The notes beneath the pieces are model-generated. The model ran no database searches. It was not told the origin of the DNA and worked only from the letters and a program-made list of their open reading frames with translations. Positions 41,375 to 54,876 of a DNA stretch of 64,000 nt are shown here, one piece after another. The stretch lies in the NCBI GenBank assembly GCA_964016885.1, contig OZ024742.1, positions 25,172,001 through 25,236,000 of the forward strand. The letters run 5' to 3'. The first letter of the stretch is position 1, and every line of letters begins with the position of its first letter. This DNA comes from Eledone cirrhosa. Taxonomy: Eukaryota. A program made the translations under genes and the position numbers.

Positions 41375-44300
41375 TATGGTAGTGATATTATTATTACTAC
41401 AGTGTATAGTAGTGATATTATTATTACTATAGTATATAGTAGTGATAGTGTTATTACTATATAGTATATAGTAGTGATATTGTTATTACTATATAGTATA
41501 TGGTAGTGATATTATTATTACTATAGTATATGGTAGTTTTATTATTACTATAGTATATGGTAGTGATATTGTTATTACTATATAGTATATGGAAGTGATA
41601 TTATTATTACTATAGTATATGGTAGTGATATTATTATTACTATAGTATATGGTAGTTTTATTATTACTATATAGTATATGGTAGTGATATTGTTATTACT
41701 ATATAGTATATGGTAGTGATATTATTATTACAATAGTATTTGTTAATGATATTATTATTACTATAGTATATGGTAGGATATTGTTATTATTATAGTATAT
41801 AGTAGTGATATTGTTATTACTATATAGTATATAGTAGTGATATTGTTAGTACTATAGTATATAGTAGTGATATTGTTATTACTATATAGTATATAGTAGT
41901 GAGATTGTTATTACTATATAGTATATAGTAATGATATTGTTATTAATATAGTATATAGTAGTGGTATTGTTATTACTATATAGTATATAGTAGTGCTATT
42001 TTTATTACTATATAGTAGTGATATTGTTATTACTATATAGTATATAGTAGTGATATTGTTATTACTATATAGTATATAGTAAAGATATTGTTATTACTAT
42101 AGTATATAGTAGTGATATTGTTATTGCTATATAGTATATAGTAGTGATATTGTTATTACTATAGTATATAGTAGTGGTATTGTTATTACTATATAGTATA
42201 TGGAAGTGATATTTTTATTACTATATAGTAGTGATATTGTTATTACTATATAGTATATAGTAGTGATATTTTTATTACTATATAGTAGTGATATTGTTAT
42301 TACTATATAGTATATAGTAGTGATATTTTTATTACTATATAGTAGTGATATTGTTATTACTATATAGTATATAGTAGTGATATTTTTATTACTATATAGT
42401 AGTGATATTGTTATTACTATAGTATATAGTAGTGATATTGTTATTACTATATAGTATATGGTAGTGATATTGTTATTACTATATAGTATATAGTAGTGAT
42501 ATTATTAGTACTATAGTATATAGTAGTGATATTGTTATTACTATAGTATATAGTAGTGATATTGTTATTACTATATAGTATATAGTATTGATATTATTAT
42601 TACTATATAGTATATAGTATTGATATTATTATTACTATATAGTATATAGTAGTGATATTATTACTATATAGTATATAGTAGTGATATTGTTAGTACTATA
42701 TAGTATATGGAAGTAATATTGTTAGTACTATAGTATATAGTATTGATATTGTTAGTACTATAGTATATAGAAGTGATAATGTTATTACTATAGTATATGG
42801 AAGTAATATTGTTAGTAATATAGTATATGGTAGTGATATTGTTATTACTATAGTATATAATAGTGATATTGTTAGTACCATAGTATATGGTAGTAATATT
42901 GTTATTACTATAGTATTTGGTAGTGATATTGTTAGTACTATAGTATATGGTAGTGATATTGTTATTACTATAGTACATGGTAGTAATATTGTTATTACTA
43001 TATCGTATATGGTAGTGATATTGTTATTACTATAATATATGGTAATAATATTGTTATTACTATAGTATATGGTAGTGATATTGTTATTACTATATAGATT
43101 GATATTACTATATAGTATATAGTAGTGATATTGTTAGTACTATAGTATATAGTAGTGATATTGTTATTACTATATAGTATATAGTAGTGATATTGTTAGT
43201 ATTATAGTATATGGTAGTAATATTTTTATTACTATAGTATATCGTAGTGATATTGTTATTACTATATGTATATGGTAGTAATATTGTTAGTACTATAGTA
43301 TATGGTAGTGATATTGTTATTACTATAGTATATGGTAGTAATATTGTTATTACTATAGTATATAGTAGTGATATTGTTATTACTATAGTATATGTTAGGG
43401 ATATTGTTATTACTATATAGTATATGGTAGTAATATTGTTAGTACTATAGTATATGGTAGTAATATTGTTATTACTATAGTATATTGTAGTGATATTGTT
43501 ATTACTATATAGTATAAGGTAGTAATATTGTTATTACTATAGTATATGGAAGTAATATTGTTATTACTATAGTATATAGTAGTGATATTGTTATTACTAT
43601 AGTATATAGTAGTGATATTGTTATTACTATAGTATATAGTAGTGATATTGTTAGTACTATAGTATATGGTAGTGATATTATTATTACTATAGTATATGGT
43701 AGTTTATTATTACTATAGTACATGGTAGTGATATTGTTATTACTATATCGTATATGGTAGTAATATTGTTAGTACTATAGTATATGGTAGTGATATTGTT
43801 ATTACTATAGTATATTGTAGTGATATTGTTATTACTATAGTATATAGTAGTGATATTGTTATTACTATAGTATATGGTAGTGATATTGTTATTACTATAG
43901 TATATAGTAGTGATATTGTTATTACTATATCGTATATGGTAGTAATATTGTTAGTACTATAGTATATGGTAGTGATATTGTTATTACTATAGTATATTGT
44001 AGTGATATTGTTATTACTATAGTATATAGTAGTGATATTGTTATTACTATAGTATATGTTAGGGATATTGTTATTACTATAGTATATGTTAGGGATATTG
44101 TTATTACTATATAGTATATGGTAGTAATATTGTTAGTACTATAGTATATGGTAGTGATATTGTTATTACTATAGTATATAGTAGTGATATTGTTATTACT
44201 ATAGTATATAGTATTGATATTGTTAGTACTATAGTATATGGTAGTAATATTGTTATTACTATATCGTATATGGTAGTAATATTGTTATTACTATATCGTA

Positions 44301-44442
44301 TATGGTAGTAATATTGTTAGTACTATAGTATATATTAGTGATATTGTTATTACTATATAGTATATAGTAGTGATATTGTTAGATCTATAGTATATGGTAG
44401 TAATATTGTTATTACTATATAGTATATGGTAGTAATATTGTT
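41375..44442. repeat. ~30 bp AT-rich minisatellite, about 100 copies
   Basis: Unit TATAGTATATGGTAGTGATATTGTTATTAC with +/-TA variants; contains the palindrome TACTATAGTA. Confidence 0.95.
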
Positions 44443-44704
44443 GTGTCTCTGACCAACAAGGGCTGTATTTTTATGCCTGTTACCACTATCGACTGTTTAT
44501 TGTATCTATCTTTGTAGGTGACCTTTTGTTGGGCCTAAGTGTACACTGTTTGAAAATACCCATGAAGGACCTGTGTATCAAGATCCCACTCACACACACA
44601 TGTAGTTCAGTCCATATTATCAACAAATATATTGTAAATATGTAGCTGTGATGTCAATGTATGTCATCTGTGTGTAGTTAATTATGGGTACACCTGTATA
44701 TATG

Positions 44705-45160
44705 TCATTTGGTTTTGCAGGGGACCGAGGCAAAGATCTGCCACTCCTGTCTCTTCTAGGCCAGCTTCTGTAACCCATGTGTGTTACCAAGTCTTCATCT
44801 CACCATCAGCTGTTGTGCATCAGGTGTTCTTTGGCCTTACTCGTATTTGCTTGCCTTCTGGTGTTCAAGTCATCGTATCTCATCTCTGTGTACTTATAGT
44901 CCAGAATCCTAATTTTGCGTTGGTTTTGGTCTCCAGAACTCCCATCTTTCTGAGAGTGGGTTCTTGACAGCTGGCTTTTACCACAGACCTTGATATGGGT
45001 ATCTTGTTATGTCTCTGGAAGCCTGTCACATCCAGCAGTGTCAGTTGAAATTTCTGTTGCTGTTTCTGTAATAAAATAGAGTTGTTAGCCCTTAACCCAA
45101 ACCCCAACACCACCAAACTCCAACCTGGATGACCAGGGGTTCATCATTGTCTAGCTTCAA
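44705..45160 (-). mobile_element. Probable internally deleted RTE-like element (5' region joined to 3' end)
   Basis: KTNAKLGFWTI resembles the APE N-terminal 'IATWNV' motif and is directly followed by a G...RPKNT C-terminal motif. Confidence 0.45.
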
Positions 45161-45180
45161 CCCTTTGACCTATATGTATG

Positions 45181-45209
<29 letters not shown>

Positions 45210-45212
<3 letters not shown>

Positions 45213-45281
45213 ACAAAGGAAGTGTGGTGAGGAACCAGGTGGACACACCAGAGTACTCGATACTTAGGGAAGTAGAGTGGA
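45210..45281 (-). mobile_element. Terminal fragment of the 53804-54149 family within (TA)n
   Basis: AACAAAGGAA..GGAACCAG..GTACTC.ATACTTAGGG.AGTAGAGTGG matches ~53806-53879. Confidence 0.8.
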
Positions 45282-45318
45282 TATATATATATATATGTAT
45301 GTGTCTATGTATGTATAT

Positions 45319-45400
45319 GCAGGGTGTCCCCAAAATTGTATACACACTTCAACGGCATTCTAATAAAGGTATTTACACATTAAACATTTTCTGGGGATAC

Positions 45401-45402
<2 letters not shown>
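45319..45402. mobile_element. Small Tc1/mariner-type MITE
   Basis: CAGGGTGTCCCCAAAA ... TTTTCTGGGGATAC imperfect TIRs in a TA context. Confidence 0.55.
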
Positions 45403-45443
<41 letters not shown>

Positions 45444-45846
45444 AATACAAATGATCTATGGTTGAACTTTCAGAATCATCGAACAATGCAAGCTTCCACA
45501 CCATCAACAAGATGATGAACCATGTGGAGAAAAACATGTAGGGATAGAGTTAAACATGTAGGGATACAGTATATCTATTCTACAATCCATCACACACAAC
45601 AAGTACCAGTCATATACCAAATCTCATTGAAACAGACTGTATCACTTCTTTATGAATTTCTCACCCTACATCAATATGAGAAATCAATATTACTGTTAAA
45701 ATTGCTGCACCAATATTTTTGTTGCTAAATATAGCTGAGAAATAGGGGGAAAGGGGCAAGATTATTGTCTGAGTGTTCAATATTTGACCAGCAGAATCTT
45801 ATGAATAAACAAATAAATAAAAAAAAATATCAAATATGCTTATACA

Positions 45847-45886
<40 letters not shown>

Positions 45887-45975
45887 GTGTGTGTGTGCTT
45901 GCGTGTGTGTCTGTGTGTCTGTGTGTGTCTGTGTGCATATGTATGCATATATGCATATATATATATATGTATATG

Positions 45976-46021
<46 letters not shown>

Positions 46022-46037
<16 letters not shown>

Positions 46038-46127
46038 TTAATATAGATTGAGAGACAGAGAGTTAGATATATATATGTATATATATGTATATATATATCT
46101 AACTCTCTGTCTCTCAATCTATATTAA

Positions 46128-46143
<16 letters not shown>
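46022..46143. repeat. Near-perfect palindrome of non-microsatellite sequence within (TA)n
   Basis: CACATTAATATAGATTGAGAGACAGAGAGTTAG and its exact reverse complement around a TA-rich centre. Confidence 0.9.
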
Positions 46144-46204
<61 letters not shown>

Positions 46205-46308
46205 GTGAGGTTTTCTTTTACAAAATGAAAAATAACCGAGGTGTCCTACACGAGTGAAAGTATAAAGAAAAAAAGATGAAAAACCACAGACCCTCCATCT
46301 CAACTCTA

Positions 46309-46344
46309 CTTTTGAAAAGCAGAAGAACTGCGAAACCAGTAAAG
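46309..46344 (+). ncRNA. Minimal hammerhead with a U3-A8 covaried core
   Basis: CUU UUGAAAA GCAG-AAGAA-CUGC GAAAC CA GUA AAG; lies in the (TA)-flanked insert 46198-46415. Confidence 0.65.
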
Positions 46345-46427
46345 GAACCAAATAAATATATATATTTTTTTAAAAATAAGACTCCAGTTGCATTTTCGAT
46401 TTCATCTTTTTTTCTATATATATATAT

Positions 46428-47000
46428 TTATTAAAATAACAGATTAAAGTTTAAGCAAATAATTGCTGCTTTCACCCTTAACGGGATCTTCTGAAACTAA
46501 CAAAGTCAATCTGTGAACGGAGAAGTGAATATTTAAAAAAAACGTTGCAACCGGAGGAAGACAGGAAGACGATACTTTGGTTCGTGGAAATGTTCCCTGG
46601 CAAAGAACAGGAAAAAACGAATATAATACGTCAATATTTGGTGAAAAACAATTACACGCAAAGACAGAACCACGTTTAAGGTATAAAAGAAGTCGTAGAC
46701 TAATATTCTCTTAGGTGGTTCATAGAGACGTTCTCTGGTAATGAACGGAAAAAACGAAGATAATACGTCATATGTGGAGCGTGGAGAACAATTGCAGGCA
46801 AAGACAAAACCACGTAAATGGTATAGCTGAAGCCCTAGACTAAATTCTAACTAGGAAACCGAATGATTCTCCGCTTCAGAGTTAAGAATAAAGTAAATAA
46901 CATACAGAAGTAATTGAAATTAAATAAATACATACACGCATCGAAATACGTACATACACAAGCATACGCGAAAACACTCGCCATAGGTAAACAAAAGTGT
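46428..47000 (-). mobile_element. Non-coding PLE terminal repeat (U4A family) with an internal ~135 bp direct duplication
   Basis: 46428-46600 matches ~20343-20512; ~46580-46710 is similar to ~46718-46848; the right boundary is approximate. Confidence 0.7.
46439..46514 (-). ncRNA. Extended type I hammerhead with a U4A core
   Basis: ACAGAUUGA-(7 nt bulge)-AGUUU CAGAAGA UCCC-GUUAA-GGGU GAAAGCA..UGC UU AAACU-UUAAUCUGU; all three stems pair. Confidence 0.7.
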
Positions 47001-47166
47001 GTCTGTGTGCATATGTATGCATATATATATATGTATATGTATGTATATATATATATATATACATACATATACATATATATATATGCATACATATGCACAC
47101 AAACACACACAGACACACACACACACTTTTAAGCTTGTTGAATCCCAACAAATTAAATATAACCTC

Positions 47167-47240
<74 letters not shown>

Positions 47241-47330
47241 CAGACGCATACACATGTATGAATATATGACTGTGCATGTATATCAATCTCCCACCAATCT
47301 CTCTCTCTCTGTCTCTCTCTCTATACAGAC

Positions 47331-47397
<67 letters not shown>

Positions 47398-48308
47398 GAG
47401 AGAGGGAGAGAGAGAGCAGGGGAAATTGGACATAAAATTATGATGATGATGATATATATATATATATATATATATATGTGAATAAATATAGATATTTCTC
47501 GTCTGATTATATTTATTATAGTATTTGTTTTATATATTTTATGGAAGAAAATATCTAATAGTCTGTCAAAAGACCACCAAAATAAATATGATTTGCCCTT
47601 TGTTAAAGGGATGTTTCACATATCATATATCTATATCATATATTCTGCCATTTATTCAAAGATACGCTACTACTGTTACTTTTACAAATATAATTGGATT
47701 TCCAGAATGTAATTTCAGGTTGCAGCCTGATTGTCAAGAAATTTGCAGCAAACCGTTACGAACGACAGAATAGCTAGCTGGCCATTATAGATAGCAGAGC
47801 TTGAAACTAGCAAAAGGTTCAAATGATTTAATGGCGCTAAGATCAATCTGTAATGCCTTGGGTCTGCTCACTAAACGGGTCGCCTACTAAAATGGTACTT
47901 GGTCACAGCAAATTGAATGAAGGATGGGGGGAGGATAACCACACATAATACATATATACATATATATTTATATATGTATATATATATGTATATGTAAAAA
48001 CCAAACAAATTCTACAACCATGATGATAGTTGAGAATCTGTTTGAAATGAAAACCAGGCAAAGAAATGATCGATGGTTTTTATCCATGCAAGCCATAGTA
48101 ACTAAAGCTATAAAAACTCTATAAATAGAAAATGAATTTGTTTTGTATTTTTTTGCTATTTTTATTTTTAGTTTTGTTTGTGTTTAGTTTTTGCAGGATT
48201 ATTTTGATTGTTTTTTTTTATTTTCCCCACTGAAAGTCTGTAATCATTTTTATCTTCTCCTATGTGCTGAATTTCATTTGGTTTCAGTTGCTAACATGTG
48301 CGTGTATG

Positions 48309-48361
<53 letters not shown>

Positions 48362-48381
48362 ATAAATGCATACATATATAC

Positions 48382-48450
<69 letters not shown>

Positions 48451-48707
48451 AACATATATATATGTATATATAAACATATATGCAGATGTGCAGATGTATG
48501 TACATTGATGTATATATATACATACATGTGATAATATATACATACATGTGATATAAAACGGTGGTGATGATGATGTGTGCATGTGTGTTTCTAACCCTTA
48601 GCAATAATACAAAGAATACAAAAGGAAAAGTAAAGACAATGGCAACAATTTCATCCTAATTGAAGATCAAATTTCAAACTGTTTTTCTTTATATGTATGC
48701 CTGCTTT

Positions 48708-48743
<36 letters not shown>

Positions 48744-48823
48744 TACATGTAGATACACACCCCTTTATAATAATAAAATATACATATAAATTTCTCTCTT
48801 TCCCCTTTCCTTCTCTATCTATC

Positions 48824-48865
<42 letters not shown>

Positions 48866-49244
48866 AATGCACCACGCACACACACACATATATGTGTGAG
48901 TGTACATTTATTATTGTCTAACTAGATAAGAATGGATTAATCTGATAATAAAGAATATATCAGTGGCAAAACTCTCCTATTTTTAACCATTTGCTCATGT
49001 TATTTAAGCTTAGATTATTTCTATTTCTCGTATCTTCTTTCCACTTTGCCTGCCCTTCATTACCAGTTGCTTTTTCTCAGAATTCCCACCAGCTCACATG
49101 GAAAACGAAACTAGAAGTATGAACTTTTACACATAGAACTAATATCTATATAAGACATTTTTACCATGTGATTCCAAGCACACTGTTTTCATTTATATAT
49201 AGATTATTGCATGCTTATGTCAATACATGCATCCAGCTTAGAAG

Positions 49245-50110
49245 GTATGTGGCCTAGTAGTAAGGGTGTTGAATTTATGATCATTGTGTCACTGGTTCGA
49301 TTCCTGGACTGTGTTGTGTGTTGTGATCTTGAGCAAAAACCTTTATTTTACATTACTCCAGTATACCCAGCCAAAAATGTGTATTAGCAGTAGCTGGGGG
49401 TTTTACCCTGCGAGGTACTGATGTCCTGTGTAGGGAAAGTCTTGTACTCTCTGTTGCTTCATGCCAAAGAAACAGGAGTAACCCCCAACTTGCTGAGGCT
49501 CTGGGCTCGAAACAGACTTTCGATGTATGCAGCTTGGCCAAGTTGTAAAGATGTTTGCCTCACAATCATTAGGTCCTGATTTTGAATGCTCTGTATGACA
49601 TCTTAGGCAAGGTCCTGTCTTGTCACACTCAGAATCTCCCTGACAATTATGTTAAGTGCACATATGTCTGTGGGATACTTAGTCATGTACGTGTTAATTG
49701 CTTGACACATGCCAAGTGAGTGATTTCTCCTTCCTAAATGCATAATTCACTGCTTTTTTATGTCAGTGCATATATGCAGCATGGCTGAATGGTTAAGATG
49801 TTCACTTCACTATCATTAGGTCCTGGGTTTAATACCCACTGCTTGGCATGTTGGGCAAGATTCCATATACTATACCCTTTGCTTGACCCATGCCTTCTGT
49901 GTGAAATTGCGTAGACAGAAACTGTTTAGAAGTCTGATGGTCTAAATCTGTAATACAAAGGGCCTCCATGCCACATACTGAAGCATGCAGAATCTCCCTG
50001 AGAGCTACATTAAAGCTGCCTGTGTCTGTGAAATGCTCAGTTATTTACACATTAGGTTCATGAGCATGCTGTTTCACTTTTCAAAACAGGTGGAACATTC
50101 ATCATTGAAA
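49245..50110 (+). mobile_element. Three old tRNA-derived SINE copies
   Basis: TGGCCTAGTAG/GGTTCGATTCC boxes at ~49250-49305; degenerate heads at ~49535 and ~49782; shared GAATCTCCCTGA..TGTCTGTG tail. Confidence 0.65.
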
Positions 50111-50797
50111 CCATCCATCTATGAAACACATATCTTTCTACAGTATTTAACAGATAAGAAAAAAAAAACAAGCTGTATCAATAAAAGGAATGATCTTGTT
50201 TTAGTCCATTGAATATTGCAAATATATTCACTTTATTTTACTGAATTTAATTTTATTTACTTTATTACAAACATTATTTTTCATTTTTATCTTAATCTGT
50301 AGATTCTGTAGATTTTGAAATTTTTACTTGTGTTTATTCATTAATTTGAGACCTTTTAACTGAAATATTCTCCCTTTTCTTGTTCCCACCAAATAGATAT
50401 TTATCTTTGCTTGTTCACACTACACTTCCATGAATTCCATTTCCCCTTTTTTATTTTACAGTACTCTATGACCCCCCCTCTCTCTATCTATCTCTCTCTC
50501 TTTTTTCTCTCTCTCTCTCACTCACTCTCTCTCTCTCTCTCTCTCTCTCTCATGTGAGTATATATATATATATATGCATTTATATACATAAATGCAGGTA
50601 TATATACGTATGTATATGTATATATATATGTGTATGTATATATACATACATATATATATATATGTGTGTGTGTATATATATATATGTATATATATATGTG
50701 TGTGTATATATAAATATATACATAGGAGTGTATATATAAATATGTGTATGTATATATAAATAAGTGTGTGTATATATAAATATATACATAGGAGGCA

Positions 50798-51137
50798 CAT
50801 GGCTTAGTGGTTAGAGCATTGGCCTTGCAATCAAAAGGTTGTGAGTTCAATTCTCAGACCGGGTGATGTGTTGTGTCCTTGAGCAAGACATTTTATTTCA
50901 CATTGCTCCAGTTTACTCAGCTGTAGAAATGAGATGATAGGGACTGGGGTCCATATCATTCCACTGCAAAGTGGACGTGTAGGTGCCATGACAAAAAAGC
51001 ACCCAGCACTCACTGTAAATGAGGTTGGTGTTAGGAAGGGCATCCAGCTGTAGAAATCAAGCCAGAATCAGTTCCCGTCCCACCCTTGCAAGCAGGGAAA
51101 AAGCGGACGTAAAATGAAATGATGATGATGATGATGT
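50798..51137 (+). mobile_element. tRNA-derived SINE with an RTE-derived tail (same family as 38895)
   Basis: TGGCTTAGTGG, GAGTTCAATTC, GGAAGGGCATCCAGC, CCCTTGCAAGCAGGG, (ATG)n. Confidence 0.9.
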
Positions 51138-51181
51138 TATATATAAATGCATATGTATATATATACATATATATATGTGTG

Positions 51182-51224
<43 letters not shown>

Positions 51225-51349
51225 GTGTGTATAAACATATACATATATATAAATGCATATGTATATATAAATATATACATATATATAAATGCATATATAT
51301 ATATATATGTATATATAAATACATATATATATATATGTATATATATAAT

Positions 51350-52392
51350 GTCTCACTCTCTATCTCTCTTCCTATATATCACTCTCTCTCTTTCTCTCAA
51401 CGCAACCTGTAAGATTTTATGCTCCATATCCCATATAAAATTTGTTACTTTTCCCCCTCCACCACTTCCTAACCATAAAATATCTCTCCTGCACCCTCCC
51501 CCCCAACCCCCCCCCCACTCTCTCTTCCATTCTGCTTCCTGTTCTCTATCTCCCTCTCACCTTCTCTCTCTTTCTCTCTCTCATCTTCTTTCTTATTCTC
51601 TCCCTTTCTCTCACTTTTGTCCCCCTCTCTCTCACTTTTTATTCTCCTCTTTCTCTTTTTCTATCTCCCTCTTTTTCCTCTCTCTCTCCCTCCCTTTACT
51701 CACCCTCTCTCGCCCCTTCACCCCTTCTCTCCCCTTTACCCCCACCCTGCTCACTCCGCCTCTGTCCCATTCACTCCCCCCTCACTCCCCATCTCCTCCC
51801 TCTCCCATTTACCCCCACCCCTTACTCCTCCTACTCCCCCTCCTCTCCCTCATTTATCCCTCTCAACTCCCTCTTCACTCCTCCTCTCTCCCCTTTACCC
51901 CTCTCCCCTTTTATTCCATCTCTCTCCCTCTTCATGCCCTCTCTCTCCCCCATTCACCCCACCCCCTCATATTCCCCCCTTTACCCCCCCTCTCCCAAGT
52001 CAGTTATACAGTCTCATACCTTTCTACCTTTAACCTTATAAATACATCCTCTCTTGACTTTAATGCTTATATCACTTACGATAAATTCACCAAGATATAA
52101 TTAAATTGTCGCATTACTCACAGCCCTTTCTTTCTTTCCTTCTTTCTTTCTTCTCTGTTTTCCTTTCCTATCTTTATATCTCCCCCACCATCTCCGTCAC
52201 ACATTTAATTTTATTAAATTTCCTTTTCTTTTCTTATGTCTTTCATCCCCCATTTCCCCTTCTTTGCTACTTTCTGCTTCGTTCCATCTCTCTCTGTCTC
52301 TCTCTCTCACTCCCCTCTCTCTCATTGCTTATCTCTCACTCTTTCTTTCTCATTCTTTCTCTCCCACTCTCTCTCTGTTCTCTTCTCTCATT
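51350..52392. repeat. Polypyrimidine (C/T) low-complexity tract
   Basis: Strongly C/T-biased plus strand. Confidence 0.85.
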
Positions 52393-52851
52393 GAAGTGTT
52401 AGTCATTCTTTTCCTTACTTAGAAAGTCTTATCCAAGCGTGATATTTATTTATATATGTAAATATTAGAATATTAATTTTTATAAGCTTCACTGGCACAA
52501 AATCTTTATAGATGTTTTTGTTTTCTTTTAAATCAAAATAAAATGTTATTTTGAATAAGCAGCAACATGAAACTCTAAGCAAAATAAAACTGTAGAAAGT
52601 CCAGCTCTTCTGTTGTAGATTACATATATCAACAGTCAATTGACTTTCATTCAAATCGGAATGAGGAAACAATGTTTCCATCGGTCTTTCCAATTGCTAA
52701 TACTATCTATCCATCGCAACTCCAGGTAGAAGGAAAAACATCAAATAAAGTGTCTTGCTCAAAGACATAACGCATCGCCCATTACAGGAATTAAACTTAC
52801 AACCTCACGTTTGTGAATCCAATTATCTAACCACTCAGCTATGCTCCTTCA

Positions 52852-52943
<92 letters not shown>

Positions 52944-53389
52944 CAGTATATATTAATAGAGAGAGAGAGAAGAATAAAGTTATACTTAAAACATATTTTT
53001 AATTCTATATATGTTTCAATATATATATACATATAGCATGGAATAAAGGACATAAAAACGATGGTGATATGTATATATATAATATTACACTAATCATGGT
53101 GACATATTCATGTTAAATAAAGCCATAAGCTGATGCCTGTCTCTGAAAATCTGATATAGACAGTCAGAGAGCAAGTTGTACCTATATAACACCATAATTA
53201 GGGCAACACAATTCTTCCTGTGGATTGAGGGGTCTCCCAATTTTGAATATTCTCAACAATATGACACCACACTTACATCCATTTTAGTAAGGCTCAATAG
53301 TGAGTCTTGTTACTCTGGTGTAAAATGTTGAAACTCTACTTTGGTATTGAGTACATTTTTCTCTCAGCCATTAACCACATACGGATGTA

Positions 53390-53653
53390 TCATCATCATT
53401 CATGATCATCATTTTACGTCCGCTTTTTCCCTGCTTGCAAGGGTGGGACGGGAACTGATTCTTGCTTGATTTCTACAGCTGGATACCCTTCCTAACACCA
53501 ACCTCATTTACAGTGAGTGCTGGGTGCTTTTTTGCCGTGGCACCTATCGACCACTTTGCAGTGGAATGATAGGGACTCCAGTCCCTATCATCTCATTTCT
53601 ACAGCTGAGTAAACTGGAGCAATGTGAGATAAAGTATCTTGCTCAAGGAAACA

Positions 53654-53660
<7 letters not shown>
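53390..53660 (-). mobile_element. 5'-truncated copy of the same SINE family
   Basis: Reverse complement of ~50870-51135. Confidence 0.85.
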
Positions 53661-53724
<64 letters not shown>

Positions 53725-53772
53725 GTATACATATATATGTGTATATATGTGTGTGTGTATATATATATACGA

Positions 53773-53803
<31 letters not shown>

Positions 53804-53808
<5 letters not shown>

Positions 53809-54145
53809 AAGGAAATGTGGTAAGGAACCAGATGGACCATAACGCACCAAAGTACTCAATACTTAGGGTAGTAGAGTGGGTGATAGGAATGAGTAGGACC
53901 CCGATGGCCAATTCTGGACTAAAAATCAATTAGTCCAGAATTAGCCATCGAAACAGCTTGAGCTCAGCCGTCGGGGTCCTACTCGTTCCTATATATATAT
54001 ATATATATATAGGTAAAAGTATGACCCCAACGGCTTGAGCTCTGCCGTCGGGGTCATACTTTTACCTATTTCCCACTCTACTACCCTAAGTATTGAGTAC
54101 TCTGGTGCATTATGGTCCATCTGGTTCCTTACCACAATTCCTTTG

Positions 54146-54149
<4 letters not shown>
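53804..54149. mobile_element. Nested fold-back insert containing the 3' half of a hammerhead
   Basis: Outer inverted repeat ~53806-53880 / 54072-54148; inner inverted repeats; GAAAC-(A/G)GC-uugagcuc-GCC-GUC stem III. Confidence 0.75.
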
Positions 54150-54180
<31 letters not shown>

Positions 54181-54303
54181 GGAGGTGAGTTTTATTGTAG
54201 TACAATAAAGCAATGCAGATATCGGATAAGAAGCACTCTACAGTTTGTAGGACTGGAGTATACATAATATATAAGATCAAAAGATGGTTAAAGGAGTTCC
54301 ATG

Positions 54304-54374
54304 TATTTTATTATGCGCATTTCAAAAACAAACATCATCATGCAATAATATTTGTGTTTTCATCAGATAAAACA
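54304..54374 (-). ncRNA. Type I hammerhead ribozyme (mirror copy)
   Basis: Reverse complement of 54493-54563. Confidence 0.85.
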
Positions 54375-54492
54375 GGAGGACATGATATGAAGGCTAAAAA
54401 ACACTTGTGGATAGTGCAGTTTTAAATCAACATATGTTGATTTAAAACTGCACTATCCACGAGTGTTTTTTAGCCTTCATATCATGTCCTCC

Positions 54493-54563
54493 TGTTTTAT
54501 CTGATGAAAACACAAATATTATTGCATGATGATGTTTGTTTTTGAAATGCGCATAATAAAATA
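54493..54563 (+). ncRNA. Type I hammerhead ribozyme
   Basis: Stem I UGUUUUAU/AUAAAAUA; CUGAUGA; stem II AAA-c-ACAAAUAUUAUU(GCAU)GAUGAUGUUUGU-u-UUU; GAAAU-GCGC-AUA with a palindromic loop III. Confidence 0.88.
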
Positions 54564-54591
54564 CATGGAACTCCTTTAACCATCTTTTGAT

Positions 54592-54626
<35 letters not shown>

Positions 54627-54829
54627 TTAGTTATACTATTTATGGTTATGTAAATACAAAACCTTATGCAGTTATAAGTATTTTTTATACACACCCTAAA
54701 TAGTGGTAGGCAGTAATGTATTACTGCCTTATTACCAGTAAGTTAAGTAGCTCAATGTAAAAACATCAGATGATTTACAGAACAGTTATATGAAATATAA
54801 GAATCAAAGAACTGTTCAAAACATTATTG

Positions 54830-54876
54830 TGCTTACAGCTGTTTCCTCCAAACCGAGGTTTGGATTCTTCGGAGCA
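54830..54876 (-). ncRNA. Hammerhead with a U4C core (mirror copy)
   Basis: Reverse complement of 55592-55638. Confidence 0.75.

Larger units (their letters stand above)
54178..54600. mobile_element. Fold-back PLE-like insert: ~90 bp tail plus a 334 bp near-perfect palindrome
   Basis: Centre CATATG at 54431-54436; (TA)n on both sides. Confidence 0.85.
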
